Assembly: GCA_045589735.1 (NCBI GenBank)
Contig: JAZNPQ010000009.1
Location: forward strand, 1 to 42,339
DNA length: 42,339 nt
Source: Eubacteriales bacterium
GTDB lineage: Bacteria; Bacillota; Clostridia; Oscillospirales; CAG-272
Direction of reading: 5' to 3'
Each line of letters begins with the position of its first letter. Position 1 is the first letter of the stretch. Shown in pieces: positions 27,021-35,053 of the stretch. The notes below the pieces were generated by a model that was not told the DNA's origin, did not search any database, and saw only the letters and a list, made by a program, of their open reading frames with translations. A program made the translations under genes and the position numbers.

Positions 27021-27062
27021 GACCAAAACAAAGCAGGATGCAAAAGCATCCTGCTTTGTTTT
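27021..27062. terminator. Bidirectional terminator
   Basis: aaaacaaagcaggatg-caaaa-gcatcctgctttgtttt, directly after the tRNA-Pro 3' fragment and downstream of the SGNH gene. Confidence 0.75.
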
Positions 27063-27107
27063 GGTCGGAGTGAGGTGATTCGAACACCCGACCTCTTGGT
27101 CCCGAAC
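27062..27107 (-). pseudogene. 3' half of a split tRNA-Pro(CGG), from the anticodon loop to CCA
   Basis: The minus strand reads GTTCGGGACCAAGAGGTCGGGTGTTCGAATCACCTCACTCCGACCA. The acceptor 3' strand CACTCCG pairs (one G-U) with the 5' strand CGGGGTG of the fragment at 33561-33599. Confidence 0.8.
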
Positions 27108-27215
27108 AAATACGCCATCGTTTTTTGACTACTATTGTTGACTTTTTGGTGCTTTTTAGTCCGAAAACGATGCTTTCCGATGCTCTCGTTCGCACTGTTT
27201 CCACGTAGTCCGAAG

Positions 27216-27244
27216 CCGTAGATGGTCAAAGATGTGGTCAAGCC
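27216..27244 (+). repeat. 29-bp sub-terminal direct repeat of the island (left copy)
   Basis: ccgtagatggtcaaagatgtggtcaagcc compared with 33429-33457 ctgtaagtggtcaaacatgtggtcaaacc gives 24/29 identical, same strand. Each copy contains the doublet TGGTCAA. Confidence 0.7.
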
Positions 27245-27388
27245 ACAATCCGAGCCACAAAACCAAACCGCGATTATAGCAAACTCATACCGTCAGGTGA
27301 CTAAACGGTTCACCCCGTGTCGAGTTTTTTCTTCTGCCGTTAGTATAGCATACTATCAAGAATTAGTCAAGCGCCTTCTCTCAACACT

Positions 27389-27422
27389 CAAAATTTGCAT
27401 CGCAGAAGTCAAAGAAAACGCC
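27389..27422 (+). repeat. 34-nt island motif, copy 1
   Basis: caaaatttgcatcgcagaagtcaaagaaaacgcc. It recurs at 28741-28774 and, more diverged, at 33269-33300. Confidence 0.75.
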
Positions 27423-27514
27423 GAGAGAAAAAACAATCTCTACAAGTGTTAACTGTGAGCGATTAAAAATCCCTCATTTTAGAAATAATATTGAGGGAAT
27501 ATTCCCTCAAACCG

Positions 27515-27543
27515 TTGACAATTCCCTTATATTGTGGTATTAT
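27515..27543 (+). promoter_or_regulatory. Promoter of the fic gene
   Basis: TTGACA, a 17-nt spacer, then TATTAT preceded by TG. The palindrome gagggaatattccctc lies just upstream. Confidence 0.6.
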
Positions 27544-27571
27544 TTAAGGGAACGAAAGCGAGGTTAAGGTT

Positions 27572-28618
27572 ATGAGAACATTTAACTACTCCAAAATTAA
27601 CGAACAAAAATGGGATTCGGAGCTTCTCAGCTTAATAGCGGCAATCTACAAAGAAGCCGGAAAGCAGGAGATGTATCTCAAACAACGTCCCGAAGAACTC
27701 GAAAAGCTTGTTGAGATTGCAAAAGTACAAAGCACGGAGAGTTCCAATGCTATTGAAGGTATCGTTACCACGAACACGAGAATCAGGCAGATCGTAGAGG
27801 ATAAGACAACTCCTAAAAACAGAGATGAGCAAGAAATTGCAGGCTACCGTGATGTGTTAAACATCATCCATGAGAGCTTTGATGCCATCCCTATTACGCC
27901 TAACTATATTCTGCAGCTCCATAAAATTCTGTATAGCCATATGAACAATCCTGCGGCTGGAAGAACCAAGAGCGTGCAGAATTATATCAGCGCGACTTAT
28001 CCCGACGGCAGTACAAGAACGCTATTCACTCCTCTCGATCCGTTTGAAACACCGACCGCACTCGAAAGCATCTGTAACGAGTTTAATCGTGTAATCGGTA
28101 ACAATGAATTAGAACCGTTGATTGCCATTCCAATATTCATTCACGACTTCCTTTGCATCCACCCATTCAATGACGGAAACGGAAGAATGAGCCGTTTGCT
28201 CACGACTCTGCTTCTTTACAGAAGTGGCTTCTACGTTGGAAAATATATATCGCTCGAAGCAAAGATCGCCAAGAATAAAGATTTGTACTATGATGCACTT
28301 GGCGAAGCGCAGAACGGTTGGCACGAAGGAAATGAGGATGCAGTTCCTTTCATCAAATATCTGCTTGGAACGATACTTGCAGCTTATAAGGATTTTGAAG
28401 ATAGGTTCAAACTTGTGGAAACCAAACTGCCAGCACTTGAAACTGTGCGTCGCGCAACGATGAATAAGATCGGCAGATTTTCCAAGCAAGACATCAGGGA
28501 GCTGTGTCCTTCGCTCAGTATAAGTTCTATTGAGGGCGCACTCCGAAAGATGGTTGCTGAAGGAGAGTTAAAGCGTGAAGGTAACGGAAAGAATATTCGT
28601 TATTTTAGACTCAAATAA
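27572..28618 (+). CDS. Fic family protein (AMPylase-type) with an N-terminal autoinhibitory motif and a C-terminal wHTH-like domain
   Basis: The Fic motif HPFNDGNGRMSRLL fits HxFx(D/E)GNGRxxR. SNAIEG fits (S/T)xxxE(G/N) and lies upstream of the core. Confidence 0.85.
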   Translation: MRTFNYSKINEQKWDSELLSLIAAIYKEAGKQEMYLKQRPEELEKLVEIAKVQSTESSNAIEGIVTTNTRIRQIVEDKTTPKNRDEQEIAGYRDVLNIIHESFDAIPITPNYILQLHKILYSHMNNPAAGRTKSVQNYISATYPDGSTRTLFTPLDPFETPTALESICNEFNRVIGNNELEPLIAIPIFIHDFLCIHPFNDGNGRMSRLLTTLLLYRSGFYVGKYISLEAKIAKNKDLYYDALGEAQNGWHEGNEDAVPFIKYLLGTILAAYKDFEDRFKLVETKLPALETVRRATMNKIGRFSKQDIRELCPSLSISSIEGALRKMVAEGELKREGNGKNIRYFRLK

Positions 28619-28740
28619 TAAAATGAAATTGGGGAACAGCGTATAACGACTATATTGCAAATGTTCCCCCAATGCATATTTTAGGATAGTTCAAAATTGT
28701 GATTATGCATATTTTCGGAAGGCAACCGTCAATCCATACG

Positions 28741-28774
28741 CAAAATTTGCTTCGCAGAAGTCAAAGAAAACGCC
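28741..28774 (+). repeat. 34-nt island motif, copy 2
   Basis: caaaatttgcttcgcagaagtcaaagaaaacgcc. Confidence 0.75.
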
Positions 28775-28865
28775 ACGTGAAAAAAGCCCAAATTTATTTT
28801 CGAAAAAGTGCTGGACTTCCTCTCTCTTCTGTGGTATGTTGTTGTGCTAACAGGAGGTGCAACCT

Positions 28866-29138
28866 ATGAAAAGTATGATAAAAGAGCTATGGCACGGAAA
28901 CATTATTCCGCAAGAGGACAGCAGAAACAACTCCAAGGAGATGAAGGAGCTACTCGGATACATGGCAAGGCATCACGAGGACTTGGAAAAGACCTTCACC
29001 GACGAGCAGAAGGAGATCTTCGAAAAGTTCCATAACTGCTGGGACGAGTACATAAGCCTTGCCGAAGCAACCATCTTCGAATATGCATTCCGCCTCGGAG
29101 CAAGGCTCACGATGGAGGTACAGTCAGATGGTGAGTAA
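28866..29138 (+). CDS. Small helical hypothetical protein
   Basis: MKSMIKELWHGNIIPQED...FEYAFRLGARLTMEV. AGGAGG lies 8 nt upstream. From memory it resembles small proteins seen in Firmicutes mobile-element cargo regions. I have not verified this. Confidence 0.6.
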   Translation: MKSMIKELWHGNIIPQEDSRNNSKEMKELLGYMARHHEDLEKTFTDEQKEIFEKFHNCWDEYISLAEATIFEYAFRLGARLTMEVQSDGE

Positions 29139-29187
29139 ATAATAGCTAAGGGCTGACGAAAACAATCGTCAGCCCTTAAGTTATTCA

Positions 29188-29559
29188 TCATTTTTTATAA
29201 TTCAAATAATGCTCCTTCACGGCAGCAAAAGATTTTTCGCTGATCACGTGTTCAATGCGGCAGGCATCCTCGGTGGCGGTTTCTTCATCAACGCCGAGAG
29301 CCATCAGCATATTGGTTAGAACGGTGTGACGTTCATACAGTTGTTCCGCCAAGGCTTCACCTTTGTGTGTCAGTGTAATGTATCCTTCGGAATCAACTAA
29401 GATATGCTCACTTTTCTTCAAAAGTCCAACGCCACGGCTTACGGAAGGCTTTGTATATCCAAGGTACGCGCCTACGTCTATGGCACGTATCTTATCATTC
29501 TTCCGTAATAAAACATAAATCGCTTCGAGATACATCTGTCCCGATTCGTGCATTGCCAT
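29188..29559 (-). CDS. DtxR/MntR family metal-dependent transcriptional regulator
   Basis: 123 aa. Family-typical N-terminus (SGQMYLEAIYVL...IRAIDVGAYLGYTKPSVSRGVGLLKK). Confidence 0.8.
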   Translation of the reverse strand: MAMHESGQMYLEAIYVLLRKNDKIRAIDVGAYLGYTKPSVSRGVGLLKKSEHILVDSEGYITLTHKGEALAEQLYERHTVLTNMLMALGVDEETATEDACRIEHVISEKSFAAVKEHYLNYKK

Positions 29560-29678
29560 ATGAGCCGCCCCCTTTCGATTGCTACTTGACTATTATAACA
29601 TAGGAAAGATAAAATTTCAAGCAAAAACCGCCAAAATTAGTGTAAACTAACAAATTTGTGCAAAACTTATTGTCAACG

Positions 29679-29696
29679 GGTTAGCAATCGCTAACC
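29679..29696. promoter_or_regulatory. Putative DtxR-type operator 1
   Basis: ggttagcaatcgctaacc, an 18-bp palindrome. Confidence 0.6.
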
Positions 29697-29776
29697 GAAT
29701 TGTACAACCATACGAATTTCAAAAAACGGTGCAAAAATGATTGACTTTGAAGGGAAAATGAAGTATAATATATGTA

Positions 29777-29794
29777 GGTTAGCAGTTGCTAACC
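29777..29794. promoter_or_regulatory. Putative DtxR-type operator 2
   Basis: ggttagcagttgctaacc, immediately after a TATAAT box (29764-29769) upstream of feoA. Confidence 0.6.
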
Positions 29795-29835
29795 ATGGTG
29801 AAACTACAAGCCGATATCGGAGAAAGGAGCTTACG

Positions 29836-30048
29836 ATGAACCTTCGTGAAGCACAAGACGGAAAAGAATACATCATAAGCAGAATTGAAACCGATGATGA
29901 GGAGCTCAATGCTTTTTTGTTCTCCCTTGGATGCTATAGCGGTGAGGCGATCACCGTAGTACGCCACCTTAAGGGTGGCCTCGTCGTTGCAATCAAGGAT
30001 GGAAGATATAATATTGATAATCAGCTTGCTGAAGCTATTATTATATAA
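29836..30048 (+). CDS. feoA: Ferrous iron transport protein A
   Basis: 70 aa (MNLREAQDGKEYIISRIE...) with an SH3-like FeoA pattern. RBS aaaggag. Precedes feoB. Confidence 0.8.
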   Translation: MNLREAQDGKEYIISRIETDDEELNAFLFSLGCYSGEAITVVRHLKGGLVVAIKDGRYNIDNQLAEAIII

Positions 30049-30108
30049 TTTTGTATGCCATGAAATTGTATGCCTCAAAACAGCAAGCTGATTATTTTTT
30101 TGGCATGC

Positions 30109-30126
30109 GGTTAGCAATTGCTAACC
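30109..30126. promoter_or_regulatory. Putative DtxR-type operator 3
   Basis: ggttagcaattgctaacc, a perfect 18-bp palindrome between feoA and feoB. Confidence 0.6.
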
Positions 30127-30182
30127 AACACTTAAGACTGTAATTTATATCCGAAAGGATTAAAATAAGGAGGAAATCCAAT

Positions 30183-32201
30183 ATGAGAATTGCTTTGGCG
30201 GGCAATCCCAACTCAGGTAAGACCACCATGTATAATGCTCTGACCGGACGCAGCGAAAAGGTCGGCAACTGGGCTGGTGATACCGTTGACAAGAAAGAAC
30301 ACCCCATTAAAAAGGCGTATGCATGTAGTGAACAGCTGATTGCTGTTGACCTTCCCGGAGCATACTCCATGTCACCCTTCACGAGCGAGGAAAGCATCAC
30401 AAGCTCCTACGTGAAAAAAGAAAATCCCGACGTTATCATCAACATCGTGGATGCTACCAACCTCAGCCGTAGCCTTTTCTTCACTACGCAGCTTTTAGAG
30501 CTTGGTATTCCCGTTGTCGTTGCTCTCAATAAGAGCGATATCAACGAAAAGAAGGAAACAAAAATTGACGTGGATGCCTTGAGCGCAAAGCTCGGTTGTC
30601 CCGTAATCACTACCGTTTCTACCTCAGCAAAAGGACTCAAGGCACTTGTCACCGCTGCCGCATCCTTGGCAGGTCAAACACAGAAAGCACCTTATCATCA
30701 GGGTGACATCGACCTTTCCGACAAAACCGTTGTTGAAGCCGCAGACCGTAAGCGCTTCGAGTTTGTAAACGGAATTGTAAAGACGGTTGAAACCCGTAAG
30801 GTATTCACAAAGGAAAGAAACATCGGGGACAAGATCGATGCCGTTCTTACAAATAAGTGGCTCGGTATTCCGATCTTCGCTCTCATAATGTGGGCGGTGT
30901 TCTGGATCTCGCAGTCCGGTCCCGGCTTGTGGCTTTCCGAAGGTCTCGACATTGGCGAAACTCACCTTTGGGGTCTCGTTGACTGTATCGGTTGGTTCAA
31001 GGGCATCGTTGAAGGTTGGCTCGGTGGAGCACATCATCTCATCCAAGCAATTATCCTTGAAGGTATTATCGAAGGCGTTGCAGCCGTTGTTGGCTTCTTG
31101 CCTCTGGTAATGGTTATGTACTTCCTTATCGCTCTTCTTGAGGATTGCGGTTATATGGCTCGTGCTACCGTCGTTCTTGATCCTATTTTCAAGAAGGTCG
31201 GTCTTTCCGGCAAATCCGTCATTCCTTTCATCATCGGTACAGGTTGTGCGATCCCCGGTATCATGGCTTGCCGTACCATCCGTATCGAGCGCGAGCGCAG
31301 ATCTACCGCTATGCTGACTCCCTTTATGCCTTGCGGCGCAAAGCTTCCCGTTATCGCTCTTTTTGCAGGTGCATTTTTCAGCGAATCCTCTTGGGTTGGC
31401 GTAACTATGTACTTTGTAGGTATCGTTTTGATCCTTCTTTGCGCACTGCTTATCAATGCGCTCAACGGTTACAAGGCAAGAAAGTCCTTCTTTATTATTG
31501 AGCTTCCCGAATACAAAGCGCCCTCCGTTAAGCTGGCATTCAAGTCGATGTGTCAGAGAGGTTGGTCTTACATAGTCAAGGCAGGAACGGTTATTCTCGT
31601 ATGTAACTTTGTCGTTTACATGATGCAGACCTATAGCTGGAGCTTCCAAGTGGTTGAAGATCCCGCGAACTCCATCCTCGCTTCTATCGCAACTCCTATT
31701 GGATACGTAATCGCTCCTATCGTTGGTGTGGCTCTTTGGCAGCTTGCCGCAGCGGCAGTTACCGGCTTTATCGCAAAGGAATGTGTTGTTTCCACTCTCG
31801 CAACCGTATTTATGTTCGAGCATCTCGTTGATATGGATGCACTTGAAGCAACGGGTGCAATCACAAGCGCAAACATGGGCGGCATCTCGATTGTTGCAGG
31901 TCTTGCATTTCTTATGTTCAACCTCTTTACTCCTCCATGCTTTGCGGCGCTCGGCGCAATGAACTCCGAGATCAAGAGCAAAAAGTGGTTCTGGGCAGGC
32001 GTTGGTCTTCAGTTCGCAGTTGGATACGTTGTCGCATTCCTTACGTTCTTCTTTGGAACGCTATTTACAACTCAGAATTTCGGCGCAGCTTGGATGCCTA
32101 TCCTTGGTTGGGCTATCACGCTTGCGATTGCCGCAGTCTTCACCTTCATGATTATCAGAAAGAACAAGCAGCTTAAGGCTGAATACGCTCTTAACGCATA
32201 A
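30183..32201 (+). CDS. feoB: Ferrous iron transporter B
   Basis: 672 aa. N-terminal GTPase (GNPNSGKTT, DLPG, NKSD) followed by a polytopic membrane domain. Confidence 0.9.
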   Translation: MRIALAGNPNSGKTTMYNALTGRSEKVGNWAGDTVDKKEHPIKKAYACSEQLIAVDLPGAYSMSPFTSEESITSSYVKKENPDVIINIVDATNLSRSLFFTTQLLELGIPVVVALNKSDINEKKETKIDVDALSAKLGCPVITTVSTSAKGLKALVTAAASLAGQTQKAPYHQGDIDLSDKTVVEAADRKRFEFVNGIVKTVETRKVFTKERNIGDKIDAVLTNKWLGIPIFALIMWAVFWISQSGPGLWLSEGLDIGETHLWGLVDCIGWFKGIVEGWLGGAHHLIQAIILEGIIEGVAAVVGFLPLVMVMYFLIALLEDCGYMARATVVLDPIFKKVGLSGKSVIPFIIGTGCAIPGIMACRTIRIERERRSTAMLTPFMPCGAKLPVIALFAGAFFSESSWVGVTMYFVGIVLILLCALLINALNGYKARKSFFIIELPEYKAPSVKLAFKSMCQRGWSYIVKAGTVILVCNFVVYMMQTYSWSFQVVEDPANSILASIATPIGYVIAPIVGVALWQLAAAAVTGFIAKECVVSTLATVFMFEHLVDMDALEATGAITSANMGGISIVAGLAFLMFNLFTPPCFAALGAMNSEIKSKKWFWAGVGLQFAVGYVVAFLTFFFGTLFTTQNFGAAWMPILGWAITLAIAAVFTFMIIRKNKQLKAEYALNA

Positions 32202-32203
32202 TT

Positions 32204-32392
32204 ATGAGTATCGTTGATTATATTGCAATCGCCGTAGTCGTGCTTACGCTAAGCGCAGCGGTATTCTATATCGTTCGCGCCAAGAAGCGCGGTGAAAAAT
32301 GTGTGGGATGCCCTTACGCAAAGCAATGCGGAGGAAATTGCAACGGTGGATGTGGTCACGCCGAGGCAGAAAAAGGCAACGATAAACAATAA
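32204..32392 (+). CDS. FeoB-associated Cys-rich membrane protein
   Basis: 62 aa with one TM helix, then CVGCPYAKQCGGNCNGGCGH. Starts directly after feoB. Confidence 0.75.
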   Translation: MSIVDYIAIAVVVLTLSAAVFYIVRAKKRGEKCVGCPYAKQCGGNCNGGCGHAEAEKGNDKQ

Positions 32393-32447
32393 TGTTAAGG
32401 GATGCGTACCGAGCGTCGCATCCCTTTTCAAAAATCGGAGGTTAGTC

Positions 32448-32834
32448 TTGGATAACAATGTGAAATTTACATTCGCACAAGTAAGATATATCGTTTGTTT
32501 GTATCGTTTATCACAGGGCGGATATGGAGTAAAGAACGTAGAGCTTGCGAGTGCCCTCGGTTTTAGCAAGCCGAGTGTACATAATATGCTGAAATCCCTT
32601 GCAGAACTTGGGATCGTTAAGCAAGAGATGTTTGGACTTGCCTTTTTCACCGACGAAGGACGTGCCTTGGCTCAGAAATATGTCGTTTGTTATGCAAAGC
32701 TCGAAAAAGAAATGACTGAAATATGTGGAAAGGGTGCGGCAAGTGAAAATGCAATTTGCGGTTTGCTTGCCGATATGCCGTATGATAGATTGAATGAGTT
32801 GTTTCACAGCAATCGCAACGGGAAAAGGGGATAA
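32448..32834 (+). CDS. DtxR-like/winged-helix transcriptional regulator
   Basis: HTH segment VELASALGFSKPSVHNMLKSLAELGIV. Start placed at an in-frame TTG, with GGAGG 6 nt upstream. The longer track ORF overlaps the previous gene and a terminator-like hairpin. Confidence 0.6.
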   Translation: MDNNVKFTFAQVRYIVCLYRLSQGGYGVKNVELASALGFSKPSVHNMLKSLAELGIVKQEMFGLAFFTDEGRALAQKYVVCYAKLEKEMTEICGKGAASENAICGLLADMPYDRLNELFHSNRNGKRG

Positions 32835-32835
32835 A

Positions 32836-33192
32836 ATGGAAAACTATATCATCATCGGAATGATTGCCGTCATCGTAGTTATTGCTGTTATTTCAAGCAT
32901 CAAGCACTTCAAGGGCGAGGGCGGTTGCTGTGGCGGTGGCAGCTACAAGCCGAAGCGTAAGAAGCTCTCGGGCATAAAATACACGAAAAAATTCAAGGTC
33001 GGCGGTATGCACTGCGAGCATTGTAAGAATAGGGTTGAAGAAGCCGTTAACGACATCAAAGGTGTTGCAGGCATAGTCGATCTCAAAAAAGGAGAACTGA
33101 CCGTGTCCTATGCCGAGGACGTTGACGATAAAATCATAAAGGCAAAGATCGAAAGAGCCGGATATACGGTTACAAGATTAATAAATCAATAA
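32836..33192 (+). CDS. Membrane-anchored heavy-metal-associated (HMA) domain protein
   Basis: N-terminal TM helix, a GGCCGGG segment, then an HMA fold with GMHCEHC. Confidence 0.75.
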   Translation: MENYIIIGMIAVIVVIAVISSIKHFKGEGGCCGGGSYKPKRKKLSGIKYTKKFKVGGMHCEHCKNRVEEAVNDIKGVAGIVDLKKGELTVSYAEDVDDKIIKAKIERAGYTVTRLINQ

Positions 33193-33268
33193 TTGCATCG
33201 CTGTAACCAAAGAAAATGCCCAACGAAAAAAGCTGAAATCGAAGGAGGTCTGTCCTACGGTCAGCCCT

Positions 33269-33300
33269 CAAAATTTGCATCGCAGTAGGCAAAGAAAAGG
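33269..33300 (+). repeat. 34-nt island motif, copy 3 (diverged)
   Basis: caaaatttgcatcgcagtaggcaaagaaaagg. Confidence 0.6.
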
Positions 33301-33326
33301 GCTCTGAGAAACACTTCTCAGAGCCA
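33299..33326 (-). terminator. Terminator after the island-borne tRNA-Pro
   Basis: Minus strand: ggctctgagaa-gtgt-ttctcagagcc followed by cttttc. Confidence 0.65.
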
Positions 33327-33329
33327 AAA

Positions 33330-33406
<77 letters not shown>

Positions 33407-33428
33407 AAGGTGGTATTTTTCAATTTTT

Positions 33429-33457
33429 CTGTAAGTGGTCAAACATGTGGTCAAACC
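33429..33457 (+). repeat. 29-bp sub-terminal direct repeat of the island (right copy)
   Basis: ctgtaagtggtcaaacatgtggtcaaacc. See 27216-27244. Confidence 0.7.
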
Positions 33458-33560
33458 GAGGAATTGATGATTTTTCGACATTCGGGAGAGCCGAAAAAGT
33501 CAGTGTTTTCAAGGGCTTTCGGCACTTTCCGAAAAATCTGCGCCGAGAACGGTGATTGAG

Positions 33561-33599
33561 TCCCGAACCAAGCGCTCTACCAAGCTGAGCCACACCCCG
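33561..33599 (-). pseudogene. 5' half of a split tRNA-Pro(CGG), from the acceptor stem to the anticodon loop
   Basis: The minus strand reads CGGGGTGTGGCTCAGCTTGGTAGAGCGCTTGGTTCGGGA, then non-tRNA sequence. It shares the 9-nt GTTCGGGAC with the 3' half at 27062-27107. Confidence 0.8.
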
Positions 33600-33614
33600 A
33601 ATTGATACCATAGT

Positions 33615-33643
33615 ATTATATCACGGCACATTCTAATTGTCAA
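33615..33643 (-). promoter_or_regulatory. Consensus promoter of the (now split) tRNA-Pro gene
   Basis: Minus strand: TTGACA, a 17-nt spacer, then TATAAT. It ends about 15 nt before the tRNA 5' end. Confidence 0.75.
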
Positions 33644-33678
33644 GTGTTTTTTGCAATTTTTTCGAAGTTACCGCGCAA

Positions 33679-33942
33679 CTTCAAGTATTGCTTCGCAAAA
33701 CTTGACAAAGTTACTTCGTAACTTTTGGGGTTCAAAACCTATCGTCCACCAACACGCAAAAAGCCCCCTCTCTTTTGAGAGGGAGCTTTTTGGTGCCGGA
33801 GACGGTGTTTCTTCAAGTATTGCTTCGCAAAACTTGACAAAGTTACTTCGTAACTTTTGGGGTTCAAAACCTATCGTCCACCAACACGCAAAAAGCCCCC
33901 TCTCTTTTGAGAGGGAGCTTTTTGGTGCCGGAGACGGGTTTC
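33679..33942. repeat. Tandem duplication, 2 x 132 bp, each unit ending in the 3'-terminal ~20 nt of tRNA-Leu
   Basis: The unit cttcaagtattgcttcgcaaaac...aaaaagccccctctcttttgagagggagctttttggtgccggagacgg occurs at 33679 and at 33811. Copy 2 continues into the intact tRNA-Leu. Confidence 0.85.
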
Positions 33943-34011
33943 GAACCCGTACGATATTTTCATATCACGGGATTTTAAGTCCCGGGCGTCTGCCTGTTCC
34001 GCCACTCCGGC
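33923..34011 (-). tRNA. tRNA-Leu (anticodon TAA), type II with a long variable arm, CCA encoded
   Basis: GCCGGAGTGGCGGAACAGGCAGACGCCCGGGACTTAAAATCCCGTGATATGAAAATATCGTACGGGTTCGAAACCCGTCTCCGGCACCA. Anticodon loop CTTAAAA. Confidence 0.85.
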
Positions 34012-34022
34012 GCACAAGTGTT

Positions 34023-34051
34023 ATTATACACTCAATACTATGTTTTGTCAA
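34023..34051 (-). promoter_or_regulatory. Consensus promoter of tRNA-Leu
   Basis: Minus strand: TTGACA, a 17-nt spacer, then TATAAT. It ends about 11 nt before the tRNA 5' end. Confidence 0.75.
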
Positions 34052-34081
34052 GAGATTTAAGAGAAAAAACGCAATCCGCCG

Positions 34082-35053
34082 TCAATACTCGCGTGTTGCG
34101 TTTTTTCCCTGATACGTACCTCTTCGGTACATCTCTTTATCAATATTGTTAAGCACCGCTGTTTTGCGTCTGCTCCATTCGGGAGCAAGTAAGCTGTCTC
34201 CTGCACCGTCACCGGTAAGTCTGCCTATAACCGTATCTGTCGGCAAAAGCTCAAGCGCGTCACAGACGGTCGAAATATAATCCTCTTCACTCATCGGAGT
34301 GTACTCACCGTTTTCATACATTTCGGCAAGTCTTGTGCCTTTTATGACATAAAGCAGGTGTATCTTAACCTGTTCGGGATTCAGCGCTGCGACCTTTTTT
34401 ACAGTTTCGAGCATCTCTTCCCTGCTTTCGCCCGGTAAACCGAATATTATATGAACACATATACCTATCTTTTCACTCGCCGCGCGGAGCTTTTCATATC
34501 CTTCCGTAAAATCCGCAAAGCTATGCCCTCTGTTTATGATTTCTGCTGTTTTATCGTTCGAGGTCTGAAGTCCAAGCTCAACCGTCAGCACTGTTCGCTC
34601 AGCAAGAGACGCAAGATATTCAACCGTTTCATCTTCAAGACAGTCTGCTCTCGTTGCGATATTCAGACCGACAACGCCTTCCTCACAAAGTGCCGTCTCG
34701 AATTTTTCACGAAGCACAGAAATCGGTGCATAGGTGTTTGTGTGCGCCTGAAAATACGCTATTTTTCTTGAAGTATCCCATTTGTTTCCGAGTAGCTTTA
34801 TACCCTCTTTGAACTGCTCCGAAATACTTTTGTCGGGAGTTCCCGCGAAATCACCCGATCCGCGACCCGAGCAATAAATACAGCCGCCGTATCCGCACCG
34901 TCCATCTATATTCGGGCAGGTGAAGCCTGCGTCTATAGGTATTTTTACGCATCTACCGCCGAATTTTTTACGCAAATAGTATTCGTAGGTCTGATATCGC
35001 TTGTTACTGTCGCTGTGTCGGTACGGATTTGTTTCTCTTTGCGTCTTTTTCAT
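34082..35053 (-). CDS. TIGR01212-family radical SAM protein
   Basis: 323 aa. CPNIDGRCGYGGCIYCS cluster motif and the family-typical layout. Confidence 0.8.
   Translation of the reverse strand: MKKTQRETNPYRHSDSNKRYQTYEYYLRKKFGGRCVKIPIDAGFTCPNIDGRCGYGGCIYCSGRGSGDFAGTPDKSISEQFKEGIKLLGNKWDTSRKIAYFQAHTNTYAPISVLREKFETALCEEGVVGLNIATRADCLEDETVEYLASLAERTVLTVELGLQTSNDKTAEIINRGHSFADFTEGYEKLRAASEKIGICVHIIFGLPGESREEMLETVKKVAALNPEQVKIHLLYVIKGTRLAEMYENGEYTPMSEEDYISTVCDALELLPTDTVIGRLTGDGAGDSLLAPEWSRRKTAVLNNIDKEMYRRGTYQGKNATREY

Noticed and set aside
30624-31823. 399-aa ORF on the minus strand
   Set aside because: It is entirely antisense to feoB, whose identity is unambiguous. The translation is Cys/Asn/Arg-rich with no recognisable motifs and no RBS.
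33679-33942. CRISPR-like array
   Set aside because: There are only two directly adjacent 132-bp units with no spacers. No CRISPR repeats occur anywhere in the window.
33651-34112. 153-aa ORF with an internal perfect peptide repeat
   Set aside because: The peptide repeat is the translation of the 132-bp tandem DNA duplication. The ORF also runs antisense through tRNA-Leu and its promoter.
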